NCBI RefSeq assembly: GCF_004010195.1
Contig: NC_057718.1
Location: forward strand, 39,229,143 to 39,293,142
Origin: Chiloscyllium plagiosum
Taxonomy: Eukaryota
DNA length: 64,000 nucleotides
Direction: 5' to 3'
Shown here: positions 53,181-64,000 of the stretch, piece by piece
How positions within the stretch are numbered: position 1 is the stretch's first letter
Layout of the letters: each line of letters starts with the position of its first letter
Program-made: the position numbers and the translations under genes
Notes under the pieces: model-generated
Seen by the model: only the letters and a program-made list of their open reading frames with translations
Database searches by the model: none
Told to the model about the DNA's origin: nothing

Positions 53181-53970
53181 CTTCATTAGTACTTCTTCTC
53201 TAGTGATATTTATTGTATTTACTTCCTCTATTACATTTGCCCAAGATTACTTAGTACTTTTAGAATACTATCAGTGTCTTCTAAAGTGAAGATTCATGCA
53301 AATTTATTCAACTCTTCTCATGTTTCCTTTTCCTATTGTTATTTATTTGTCCTCATTCTCCCTTCCTTTTTGTATTTTAAAGAAGCTCTTAACATTTTAA
53401 TATTACTTGTTTACTCTCAACGTTTACTTTCTCCCTCTCATTTTTTTTGGTCATCTTTTGTCAGTTTTTAAAACTTTCCCAATCCTCCGGCTTACCACTA
53501 CTTTTTGCCACGTTGTAAATTCATTGTCTCTACATGAAACAATTTGATTTTGTCTTGGAACTAGTTGACACTTGCTTGAGCTTAACAGGAAAGGTGCAGC
53601 AGTTTCCTCACTTTCACCCCATTTAACATTGTATCCGGGTCCTATCGAACCAATCAGGCCTCAATTCATGAGACATCCAACAAAGGCCTCTAGTTACATC
53701 AAAGACAAAGAGATTTGAATGAGAGGTTATCTGTTCAATTCTAACAACCATACAGCCTGACTTCCATTTGCTGGGAAGAGCTAAAATTAACTTGCATTAG
53801 TCCAGTTAAGAATAAGTGATTGTAACAAGGTCAGCCAGCTGGAGCTCATAAAATGAGTTCCCCAATTAGGCTGATAGATAAAAAGAGGAGTCAGAAATTC
53901 TGAAACTTTGGGTTCTGGCTCTGATGTGGGAGTGTCAGAATCAGGGGCTTACCATGTGTAAATGTAGGGC

Positions 53971-54102
53971 GTTCAATCACCTGATGAAGGAGCGTCGCTC
54001 CGAAAGCTAGTGTGCTTCCAATTAAACCTGTTGGACTATAACCTGGTGTTGTGTGATTTTTAACTTTGTACACCCCAGTCCAACACCGGCATCTCCGAAT
54101 CA
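53971..54102 (+). mobile_element. Penelope pLTR-type insertion (family C)
   Basis: 132 bp carrying a hammerhead motif and ATTAAA (54021-54026). 12-bp TSD TAAAT(G/A)TAGGGC at 53959-53970 and 54103-54114. Confidence 0.8.
53978..54012 (+). ncRNA. Intact minimal type I hammerhead ribozyme motif
   Basis: CAC-CTGATGA-A-GGAGC(GTC)GCTCC-GAAA-GC-TA-GTG: helix I CAC/GTG, full core, 5-bp helix II and palindromic AGCT helix III. Predicted cleavage after A54009. Confidence 0.75.
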
Positions 54103-54694
54103 TAAATATAGGGCAGCTTGTTGATGGGATATTGGCCTCTTGGGAGGTATTTCAGAGACATTTGTGATACATGGATATTAATTGATACTGAGTAGTTGGG
54201 GTTGATGCTATATATTAAAGGTCAGGTGATTATCACTTGTTTCATAGCCTGCTTCAGATTATTATTTGTAGATTTCCACCAGTAACTATTGTCACCAGCA
54301 AATGACAATAAGGCCATGTGAAAGGTTTGAAAGTTAGTCTGTGGGCTAATTTGTATGGCAATCACAGTTGAAAAATGGACATGGTGAATGCAATGCAATA
54401 AGTCCAATTGTTTGTTTCATTTGTATAGGTACATGAATGGTGGTGCTGGTGTGGATCTTTCTACATTGGTCAATGAACTGGTCAAGATAATTAATGTTAC
54501 TCTGACTTTTAGAGGAGCAACTGATGGAAGCTGCCAATAGAACATATGCCTTGCATCCTTCGCCAAATGATCTCATTCTAAATTTGGTTGTTCCTTTGGC
54601 TAGATAGTTGTGATCAAATCACTGTATATACATGAATTAGTTATAAAAGTGTCCAACTAGCTATAATAGCTATCACATTTCAATCCACCACTTT

Positions 54695-54985
54695 CTTTTA
54701 TTCATTGACAGAATGAGGGCATCACTGGCTAGACCAGCATTTATTGCCTATCCCTAACTGCCCAGAGGACAGTTAAGAGTCAACTGTGGGTCTGGAGTAA
54801 CATGTAGGCGCGATCAAGTAAGGATGACAGTTTCTTTCCTGAAAGGACATTAGTGAACCAGATTTTTATTGAATATAAATTCCACCACCTGCCATGGCAG
54901 TTTTCGAACCTGGGTCCCCAGAACATTACCTGGGTCTCTGGATTAACAGTCCAGCGATAATATCACTAGGCCATCACCTCCCCTG
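54695..54985 (-). mobile_element. tRNA-derived SINE (second family)
   Basis: ttattcatt...ccagcatttattgcc...gccatggcagttttcgaacctggg...aggccatcacctcccc. Confidence 0.75.
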
Positions 54986-55109
54986 AAATATCTTTTAGTT
55001 ATGTGATCAAAACACCTTTCTGAAAAATTCAAACTTAGGAAGTGTCATGATCAGATGAGTTGAAACAAGAATATAGTTAGTAAGAAATCTTGACAACTAC
55101 TGAAGTGTA

Positions 55110-55911
55110 CCGTACGTACTCTCGTTAAAGTCATGTAAAGGTTGATCCCCTATTTTTGGCCAAAAAATCTGGAATTTTCCACATATCTCGCATAAAAGTC
55201 AACTCTCGTTCCTCACAGATAATAGATCAAAATGTGTGTATCAAGGTATTATCTTGTACATAAATGTTATGATGAGGAAATTATTTCCTTTTGCGCTATT
55301 ACATGTCTTGATGTACAATTCATACCATTAGATTAGATTACTTACAGTGTGGAAACAGGCCCTTTGGCCCAACAAGTCCACACTGACCCACAACCCATCC
55401 ATTCCCCTAGATTTACCCCTTCACCTAACACTAAGGGCAATTTAGCATGGCCAATTCACCTGATCCGCACATCTTTGGACTGTGGGAGGAAACCGGAGGA
55501 AACCCATACAGACACAGGGAAAATGTGCAAACTCCACACAGTCAGTCGCCTGAGTCGGGAATTGAACCCAGATCTCTGGCGCTGTGAGGCAGCAGTGCTA
55601 ATCACTGTGCCACCGTGCCGCCCAAAGCACATAACTAGACATTAGGCTAGAGATTTCTTAGGTTCATTATTGAAAATTTATCACACCATCATTTTCTATA
55701 CAAGATAGGCCTTTATGCATTTACTTCACTATAATTACCAAATCCCTGATCTTCCTTCCTTCGTGCAGGACTTGATTGGAATTGCGGCTGTTGACAATTT
55801 CTCATGGCTGAATTTTAGTCCCTCAAAAGTAGTATCCTTGTAACAGTCGATCCCATAAATTTAACCTTAAAAATAGTCTAAAAAATTCAACTTTTACATG
55901 AGTATATACTT
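55110..55911. mobile_element. Tc1/mariner-superfamily MITE relic hosting a SINE
   Basis: Left end TA|CCGTACGTACTCTCGTTAAAGTC; right end reverse complement TA|AAGTATATACTCATGTAAAAGTTG. Imperfect TIRs with TA on both flanks. Confidence 0.5.
55328..55623 (-). mobile_element. HE1-like V-SINE
   Basis: Head, V-domain and (TAATC)n tail, as at 50191. Confidence 0.9.
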
Positions 55912-56109
55912 TATGAAGATTCATTGTTGGCAAAAATCAAGTTATTAGCATCAGAAAGCCTCATTGGTGACAGGAAGATATTTTTGAGATCAGTGAGACA
56001 GCCAAAACTATCAACTGAAATAATCTTGAATTTGTAACTGGATTCAAAGTCCAGTCAATTGTTGAACAGAACAATGCAAAATAATACTTTTCAACAGCAT
56101 TAGAAATTA

Positions 56110-56450
56110 AAAATAAAATATTTTAACCCCTTGAGCCTGCTCCACCATTCATTAAGATCATGGCTGACCTTCTATCTCAACCACATCTTCCAGCACCATT
56201 CCCATTTCATTTGATTCCTTTTGTATCCAACAATCTATCAATCTCTGTCCAGAATATCCTCAATGGCTGACCATCTTTAACTCCATGGGGTAGAGAATTC
56301 CAAATATTCAAAACACATTGGATGGCGAAATTTCCTAGACTCCTAGGCAGGGGCCACATCCATCTAACATCTGTCTTTCAAGCTCCTCAAAAATATGATC
56401 TTACAATTAGGCCAACTCTTAGTCGTCGAAATGTGAATGAATTTTCTCAT
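56110..56450 (-). mobile_element. Old CR1 3' fragment
   Basis: ccccttgagcctgctccaccattc...ggggtagagaattcca. Confidence 0.6.
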
Positions 56451-56849
56451 ACATTATTCAATCTCTACTCAGGACTATCCCCTCATCCTAGGAGTCAGTC
56501 AAGAAGGGAAATGTTTGCCTTGCGTAATGAATACACAGTATTTTGGGTACACCCAAAATCTTACGAAGATCCTAGATAATTCAGTATGACGGTTAGGAAG
56601 GGAAATTTGGTTGAGGTGCAAAAACGAGTAGTGACAAAGTGAATTGCTTCATTAACCTAATCTTTCTAAGGAGGCAGCAGGCAAGTGTCATGCTATCTGT
56701 GAATTGAAATATTAAAAGCATACAGCTAAAGGTGTTGTTGAGTTTCTGCATGCATCAGCATGGGCTAAGGTTTAGAATTACCCAACAGTAGCCTGCACTA
56801 CCTAAAGGTTGTACCTCTTAGCAGTCAGGCTGCAGCACGTGCTGGAACA

Positions 56850-57063
56850 CCATTAAGAGATTTTGAACAGGAAGAAGAGTAACAATGATGTAGTAGAATA
56901 CTTGTGGTGTTGGTGCACAGCAGAGAATGGCCTACTCCTCTACCGGCAGAGGGCTTGGTGCCCTCTAAACAGGTTCTGAGAAGGCTTGGAGTATTCAGTC
57001 ATCATTATCTATGTCAGCAATCCTGCTTTGTGTACCTGGATGCAATGAGGGAAGAAGTTTAAC
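56850..57063 (+). mobile_element. Possible Harbinger Myb/SANT-like remnant
   Basis: acctggatgcaatgagggaagaagtttaac gives TWMQ*GKKFN, similar to the RTWxQCRKKFN motif. Confidence 0.3.
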
Positions 57064-57495
57064 CATAAGAAGATAAGAAATAGGAGGAGGAGTAGACCAT
57101 CTGGCCTTTTGAGTCCACTCCACCATTCAGTATGATCATGGCTAATCTTCTTGTGGCCTCAGTTCCACTTACACAGCCTCTCACCATAACCCTTAATTCC
57201 TTTACTGTTCAAAACTTATCTATCTTAGCTTTACTAGCATTCAATGAGGAAGCTTCAACTACTTCACTGGGCAGGGAATTCCATAAATTCACAACTCTCT
57301 GGGTGAAAACGTTCCTTCTCAATTCAGTCCTAAATCTGCTCCCCCTAATTTTGAGGCTATGCCCTCTTGTCCTAGTTTCACCCACGAGTGGAAACGTTAT
57401 CTCTACTTCTATCTTATCTATTCCCTTCATAATTTTACATGTTTCTATAAGATCCCCCCTCATTCTTCTAAACTCCAATGAATATAATCCCAGTT
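57064..57495 (-). mobile_element. CR1 3' fragment
   Basis: EFRRMRGDLIET..TRGHSLKIRG..FTQRVVNLWNSLP; (ATAAGA)-type tail. Confidence 0.88.
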
Positions 57496-58619
57496 AATAT
57501 CACCTAACACAAGTGGCCAAAAATCACTGAATACATCTTCCAATGGTGTATCCTTAATCTGTGATTTGTAAAGAAGAAATCAGTGTATGTTGTTGACAAA
57601 TCCAGTGGATCTATTGGCTAACATCCTAGAATTTTAAAAGAAGTGACTTCAGATATATTGCTTTTCCAATATTCCCTAGATTCTAGACTGACCCCTGTGG
57701 ATTACTATTCAAGAAAGGGGGAGAGAGAGAACACTGAGGAAACTATAGACAAATTTATCAATCACTTGGTCGTCCTTTGCTGAAGTCTAAAATATGCCAA
57801 TGCTCAGAATTTTACTCTTTGAGAAAATCACTACTCTTTTCCTTTAATCTAATAACATTTCAGCCCTAAGGAGCACAAATATAGAATATTATTGTTGGCT
57901 ATGCCCTAATACAATACTTTCCCTGGGATTAAGCATGAATTGGAAATAACTGGAGTAGGGGTCCCTTCTGCGTTCAAAAACTAATTGTTTTCTGTTGTTA
58001 ATTGTGAAGATTTGAAAAAACTCCATCCAACGTTTTGAGTAATGTGATTGATCTACCTTCAATTGTTACTGAGTTTGAACACTGAACAATATTACGACAG
58101 CTGAGACTCTTGTACCCTCAGCCAATTAATCAGCTCCATAACTTTGATCCAATTTTGTCTGGATGCTTGATTGCAAAACAGCTAACCTGATCACACATTA
58201 CAGCAGAAGGTCTGTGGATTCTACATTAAGCAAATTGTCAAAGTGTTCCAACAATGTTTTTGACTAGCATGAGTTATTACTTTTCATGAAAGTACAGGTT
58301 GACATTGGTTGCCCTGCATTTTAATTGCCTCGTGCAACAATGCCTTTTCTGCTGTTGTGCTTAAAGGGCTTGTTCCAAAGCAAACACAATCATTTATCTA
58401 TTGGTTCCAACTCAACGTTCCTTTGCATTAACTAGATATGTATCAGTTGTTATTTATATTTCCCAAAAATGATTTTCTCTAGTCATTACAGCATCAGATT
58501 GCCAACAAATAATTTAAAAGCAATACTATTTGGCACTGTTTAAATTTATGAAGATTTTTCATATATAAATAAGGGAAAAGTGTTTCCACTGACAGGAGGT
58601 TCATTAATTAAATGAGACA

Positions 58620-59075
58620 AATCCAAAAGAGGAGCATGGAAGAGCATACCAGAAGCAGCACTAGATATATGTAAAACTATGGTGCCAGTTAAGCTACAAT
58701 ACAGGGAAACATGCAAACCAAATAGCAGAAGCAGTGGACCAAATTCAGAGCTACGTGAGTCTGCAACACCGAGATTAGAAAAAATTGTGCAGTCCTGCCA
58801 TATACAGTCTTAGACTGTGGTGGACTATTGAACAACTAACAACAAGAAGAAGTATTATGAACATGTACATACACAATTATGACAACTCTTTTATGTGTAA
58901 AAGTCAAGGCTGAAGTATTTGCATCAGTTTCAGCCATACGCATTGACTGGGCAATTCATCCAGCAGTACAAAACCAAGTCTTCAATCAATTCAGTTAACT
59001 GTACTTAAATCAAGAAGTTTAGTGCAGTGGTTGTAGTAAAGGCTATGAATTCTCCTAGCATCCCAGTCTTAACAG
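58620..59075 (+). mobile_element. Old non-LTR fragment (6550 family, upstream of RT)
   Basis: tggtggactattgaacaacta (WWTIxQL), aaggctgaagtatttgca (KAExFA), aaggctatg...catcccag. Confidence 0.45.
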
Positions 59076-61509
59076 AAGACATTCTGACCGGAATCAGAAG
59101 TTGGGAATGTTTTCTGATGTCTGATGTAGTGATCCTGTCTCCAGTCTGGCAATATTGGCTACAGGATTTTCATCTGGGGAGTTGGGCATGGCCTGGCACT
59201 GGGCCTGCTGTCACAATAGGCTGAGATAGCCAGATTAAAAGCCTACCTCTATTCTCAGAAACATGGGCCTGATTTCACAGGGCAGTGTAAAGCCACATAA
59301 CACAATAAACCTCTGTACTTCCTCTTAGCCCCAGTCACCAATCCTTGTTCCCTGCTCTCAACTACCCTCTCAACCCCAAGCCATGTGTTCACTATTCATT
59401 ATAAACAAAACTCACAAACTATGCAATAACACTTTAAAGTTATTAAATCTGTAAAAACAAACATAATCTGATTAGGCACATAAACTGGTATCTTTTTCAG
59501 ATATTTTTAGAAATTAATATATCTATCGAACATAAAGAAGCTGACATTCCCTTAGAATACCTTCCTAAACAAAGCCTGATGCACAGAATTTTGCATTAGT
59601 CCAAAAAGCAGCTAAGTAACATTCTCCTAAATAACAATGTCAACAAACCCTGCAGTGCAGAATCTGTTTGAGTCCGTGAAGATAGTGAAATGCTCGGACA
59701 TTACCCAAACATATGGTTCAGCACATATGTAAAGAATAAAAACTCATACATCTGTCAAACAGCCAAACTAATGACTTAGCTGGTCTGATAAGAATTAACA
59801 AAATCCATGGGGAGAGTTTAACGAAGTTATTCTAAATCTTAAACTAGATCAGCTTTTCAACATTATACAATGCAGAACAGCACTTTATCCGGTTGATGAT
59901 ATATTCTAACACACTTTAAAAATGCTGTTCTTTCACTTGATACATTACAAATTGTCAACAATAACAATTTGGCAACTCATTATTTAATGGTCACCTATAT
60001 TTCCATTCACAACAATGTTACAATGCACTTTAGTAGTTACAAATTTAACTCAGGCTATAGTATTTCATGAACTATGAAGGCGGCAACATCATTTTTAATT
60101 ACCTTTCAAACACCTCCAACCACCAAGTATAAGTTAAAAAGGCTTTCAAAACCCAGTTGCTTTGTTTAAAATCGTTAAAGTTCTGAAATTCCCTCTTCTA
60201 GAATGGAGCGTGTAATTTCTAAGCAACATCATTTGAGGTTACCAAACCTCTGCTCTTTCCTCCTCCAATAACAACGGGGGCTGGACTTCCAGATTTGGTC
60301 TCTGGGTACCAATTCTTCTCCTACCGGAGTCCATACAGAATCAGAATCATAAGATCTAGCTCCTCCATTCCAAAATTAGCTGAACCTCTTATATTGTGTC
60401 CTACCTATTTACATGTGTAAAATGGATACCTAAGTTTTCAATGTGGCGAGCCATACTTTCTTCACCAGAAACATGCTATCATCCATAATACCAAATGTTG
60501 TTGTGTAGGCACCTGTCAAAAATAGTCTTTACCTAATACTGGCTTTTGGACCTAATCATATAAAACTAGAACGTCTAACACGTCTGCCCTCTACATTAAA
60601 GGTTTGGAACCTCTTCTGTACTTCAATACTGCACCGGCATATTTCTTCGCTTGATTGTTTCAAAGCCTAAAATACTTACAAGAAGTAGGTTTACTCCTTA
60701 CAGTTGTAATTCACAATAACTCGTCTGTTATAACAGGCTCAACCAGAAATTGAAAACTAAGCGTCGAAGGTGGGAAAAATAGAAATAGCAAAAGCCTAAT
60801 TTCAAGATCTTATGTATACTAATGAAATAACATAATCTCTAAAAGACAGTAAGTACTCCTTCAGTGTTGTATTAAATTATTTATAGCATGTACCATATAA
60901 TAGATTTAAACTCTTGACCCTCTAACTCTCAGGCATTGAGTGAAGGTGACCATACTAATTTCTCATGCCACTGCTAACATAATGGGCAGTTACAGTGATC
61001 ATACATTTCAATCTACTGGATTTATGTCCCAGATAACACCATGGCCTTTTAAAAATGATTTATACACGTTAATCTCTGTATCTCGCTATTATCACAAAAA
61101 CAGGCAAGCCTTCAATGAGTCAATGCATTTTTAGCAGGTCATGCAACCAAATGTATCATCAGTCTAATCACTATGCAATTCTGTTTACAAAAGTGGAAAC
61201 AGTATATATAGTACCAGAATCACCATGTTCTGTGACAAATTATCATAAATCTAGGATAAATCAGGTTAAACAATGCTAAGGTTGTTTTGCTTTCAATATA
61301 AATTTCATCTATTAATTGAAGAATCATAATGAAATTTTTCAGGATGCCAACATTTAATTTGTTGTCAATTCTCATTAGAATGCATTGCCTATAGTATTCC
61401 ACACACAATTCATTATAAAGGGCAACATTCCACTTTCCTAATGGCATGTGGTGAACAGAAAGAAAAAGGATATCATAAGACATTTATTTGCTGTGCATAA
61501 TTCTGTGAA

Positions 61510-62188
61510 ATTTGTGTCACAGATAGGCAGGGTGGTTAAGAAGGCATTTAGCATGCTTGCCTTCATTGTACAGACCTTTGAGTATAAGTGTTGAGACATC
61601 GTGTTGAGACATCATGTTGAGGATGTACAAGACATTGGTGAGGCCTCTTCTTGGGTACTGTATGCAGTTTTGGTCACCCCGTTACAGGAAATATGTTATT
61701 AAACTGCAGAGGGTTCAGAAAATATTTACAAGAATGTTGCCAGGAATGGAGTGTTTGAGATGTAAAAGACACTGGAAAGACTGGGACTTTTTACACTGAA
61801 GCGCAGGAGATTGGGGTATGATCATATTGAGGTTTTACAAAATCATGAGGAGCATAGATAAGGTGAATGATCGGGGTCTTTTCTCTAGCGTGGGGGAGTT
61901 GAAAACTGGAGGGCATTTTTTAAGGTATCAGGAGAAAGATTTAAAAAGGACATGAAGAGAAATGTTTTTACACAGAGAGTGGTTCGTGTGTGGAATGAAC
62001 TGCCAGAGGAAGTGGTGGACACAGGTACAGTTACAACATTTAAAAGACATTGGATTAAGTTCATAAATAAGAAAGGTTTGGAGTGATATGGGCCAAATGT
62101 AGGCAGGTGGGACTGATTTAATTTGGGAACATGGTCGATGTGGACTGATTTGAATAAAGAATCTGTTTCCATGCTGTATGACTCTGAC
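61510..62188 (+). mobile_element. CR1/HER1-like 3' fragment
   Basis: YKTLVRPLLGYCMQFWSP; tail tctgtttccatgctgtatgactctgact. Confidence 0.9.
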
Positions 62189-62257
62189 TAAATATCATAC
62201 AGCTGTTAATTATGCATGCCACATCCATGAGATCCACATGGAAATGTTCATATGTGT

Positions 62258-62370
62258 GGATTCTTGTGATGCAGTGGAAATGTCCCTACCTTGATGCAGG
62301 AGGTCTGGCTTCAAGTCCCACTTGCTCCAGAGATATGTCATAACATCTCTAAATAGGTTGTTTAGAAAGA
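62258..62370 (+). mobile_element. Short tRNA-headed SINE
   Basis: gatgcagtggaaatgtccctacc...ggcttcaagtcccacttgctccagag. Confidence 0.55.
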
Positions 62371-63367
62371 TAGGTACTGTGCTAACAGCAATATAAAGTG
62401 CTGCCTGTACAGTTTCACAGCCTTTCACATCTGTGAACACATTAAAAAAAGGCAATTTGGCCAACATGCCAACATAAATCCAAAGCCTCTCCAACAGAGA
62501 TCTTGCCAGGGTCCACATCTCCAGCACAGGATATGGAACAAGCGACAGAAAATTGGGTAAGACATGATAGAAAGAGAAAGCTTTAATAAATAATTTTTAA
62601 AAATGAAAAGTTACAGGTAAGTGATGACTTGAGTAGAAAGTTTTCTTCTACATGATGTATAGAAAATAAAACTTTAATAAATGAAGAAGTTTTGCAAATA
62701 AAGGAATATACACAAATGTCTAAGATAATGTTTTGCATGCCTTACCATCTTGGATGGACTAAATGATATCTAAACAAGATCCAACTTCCAGTGGCCAAGG
62801 CAGCTATATGCAGGGTTCAGCATAACACCATCACCACTCAGTTGACAAATTGAACTGCTCAGTTCTGTCCCTTATGTAACACTTCAAACAAGTAAGCTAA
62901 TGTCATTGAGATATGGCATGTTACAGAACATTCAACACAATAAACAGATGTAAAAACACTCAAAATGAAAATCTATTGCTGCCAGGATTTGTAAAAAACC
63001 AAATCAAAAACCCTGTTAGAACTGTGAATCTTCTGTAATTGCTTTTAAAATCAATTTACAACTTCCAAGAATTTAATCAAGCCAGTTCCCATGACAAAAA
63101 AAACAACATATGACAGTCCTATATACAATACTACGCTTTCTTTAAAAATTGTTATTATATGCAATGATTTTCACATCTTCTTTCTGTTAACATTTACTTT
63201 ATGAATTAAACAAAGATTGTAAGATAAAAAGAAGGCCTGACGTTCTATTTTGATATACGAGTGGCCAAACAGAAAACCATTTTCCAAAACCTCTCCATAC
63301 TATCTTACTAGAGTGGCTGATGGTGGGTGTTTCCAACTTATTTAATAGCAAATGGTTATTCCCAATA

Positions 63368-63760
63368 AGAACAGAAAATCCTGGAAATACTCAGCAGATC
63401 TGGCAACATCAGGGGAGACAGGTCAATGACCTTTCATTAAAATTTAAGCAAAGTTTGACAACTAAATATCCAACTAAAGGATAAAGAGAAGAAAAATGAT
63501 GGTAGGGTGAAGGCAGGTGAGAATAAAAGCAAGAAGAATGATGGTGATTGGCAGAAGGGTTGGTAAAGGGAGAAATAAATAAAGGAGAGATGGTTTGAGA
63601 GTAGATGTAAATAGGGAATAGCAGAACCATTATGAATAGTTGTTGTCTGAAAAAATGTGGACAGTGATTATGATCTGAAATTGTTGAACTCAATGCTAAG
63701 TTCAGAATGCTCTGTACCTAATTTAAAGGAGAGGTGATGTTCCTTGAGCATTCATGAGTA
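63368..63760 (-). mobile_element. Penelope-like element 3' end (GIY-YIG C-terminus, pyrimidine-rich UTR, pLTR)
   Basis: Minus strand 63668-63748 reads LKEHHLSFKLGTEHSELSIEFNNFRS*, like the PLE motif LEEQHLIFRLGTLQPxGLNIEFNNF. Followed by a C/T-rich tract and a family-B-like pLTR (ccagatctgctgagtatttccag). Confidence 0.65.
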
Positions 63761-64000
63761 GAGACATCAGAGTGGGAGACTGAGCAGAACTTGGTGACCA
63801 AAAGCTTAGATCACCTCATTAACTGTGCGAGGGTGTTCTGTTAATTGATCTCCCATCAGTGTTTGGTTTCCACATTTGAGCAAAAACCATAATGTAGGAA
63901 GCTAAAAGAAATATAAGAAACTTGCTGGTTCACCTAGAAAGAGAGTTCATCTTTTGGGTTCTTTTCAGGGAGGATCTCCTTGTTGCTCAAACAGGCAAGT

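Larger units (their letters stand above)
49230..53520 (-). mobile_element. Old CR1 LINE fragmented by three nested insertions
   Basis: Colinear pieces at 49230-50190, 50510-50638, about 51695-52131 and about 53181-53520. Motifs include ARFADDAK and LYKASVRSHLDY. Confidence 0.65.
53813..54154 (+). mobile_element. Short solo LTR (same family as 33448), interrupted by a Penelope pLTR
   Basis: gtgattgtaacaaggtcagccag...atgagttccc at the left; ...ggcctcttgggaggtatttca at the right. Confidence 0.55.

Noticed and set aside
61588..61613. 13-bp tandem duplication GTGTTGAGACATC
   Set aside because: Ordinary slippage inside a dead CR1.

Overview
Eukaryotic, repeat-rich, AT-rich vertebrate DNA. The repeat content (HE1-type V-SINEs, their CR1/HER1-type partner LINEs, Deu-domain SINEs) points to a shark, probably a carpet/bamboo shark; that narrower call is inference. 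The only host coding sequence I can find is one 197-bp minus-strand exon (35616-35812). It encodes the C-terminal part of the cyclic-nucleotide-binding homology domain of the EAG1 potassium channel KCNH1, so the rest of the window is most likely two very large KCNH1 introns. Nearly all other ORFs in the track are retroelement fragments or chance ORFs. The most notable structures are: (i) a dispersed set of short Penelope-type terminal-repeat insertions carrying minimal hammerhead-ribozyme motifs, most with visible 8-18 bp target-site duplications (TSDs) and several arranged as long palindromes; (ii) a Gypsy-like LTR element whose right end is an inverted copy of its own left LTR end, with a 4-bp TSD around the whole unit; (iii) a CR1 with a 5' inversion; (iv) multi-layer nested insertions; (v) a near-perfect 121-bp tandem duplication in a Harbinger-like relic. 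Repeat-family names come from recalled motifs, not database searches, and boundaries of old repeats are approximate.
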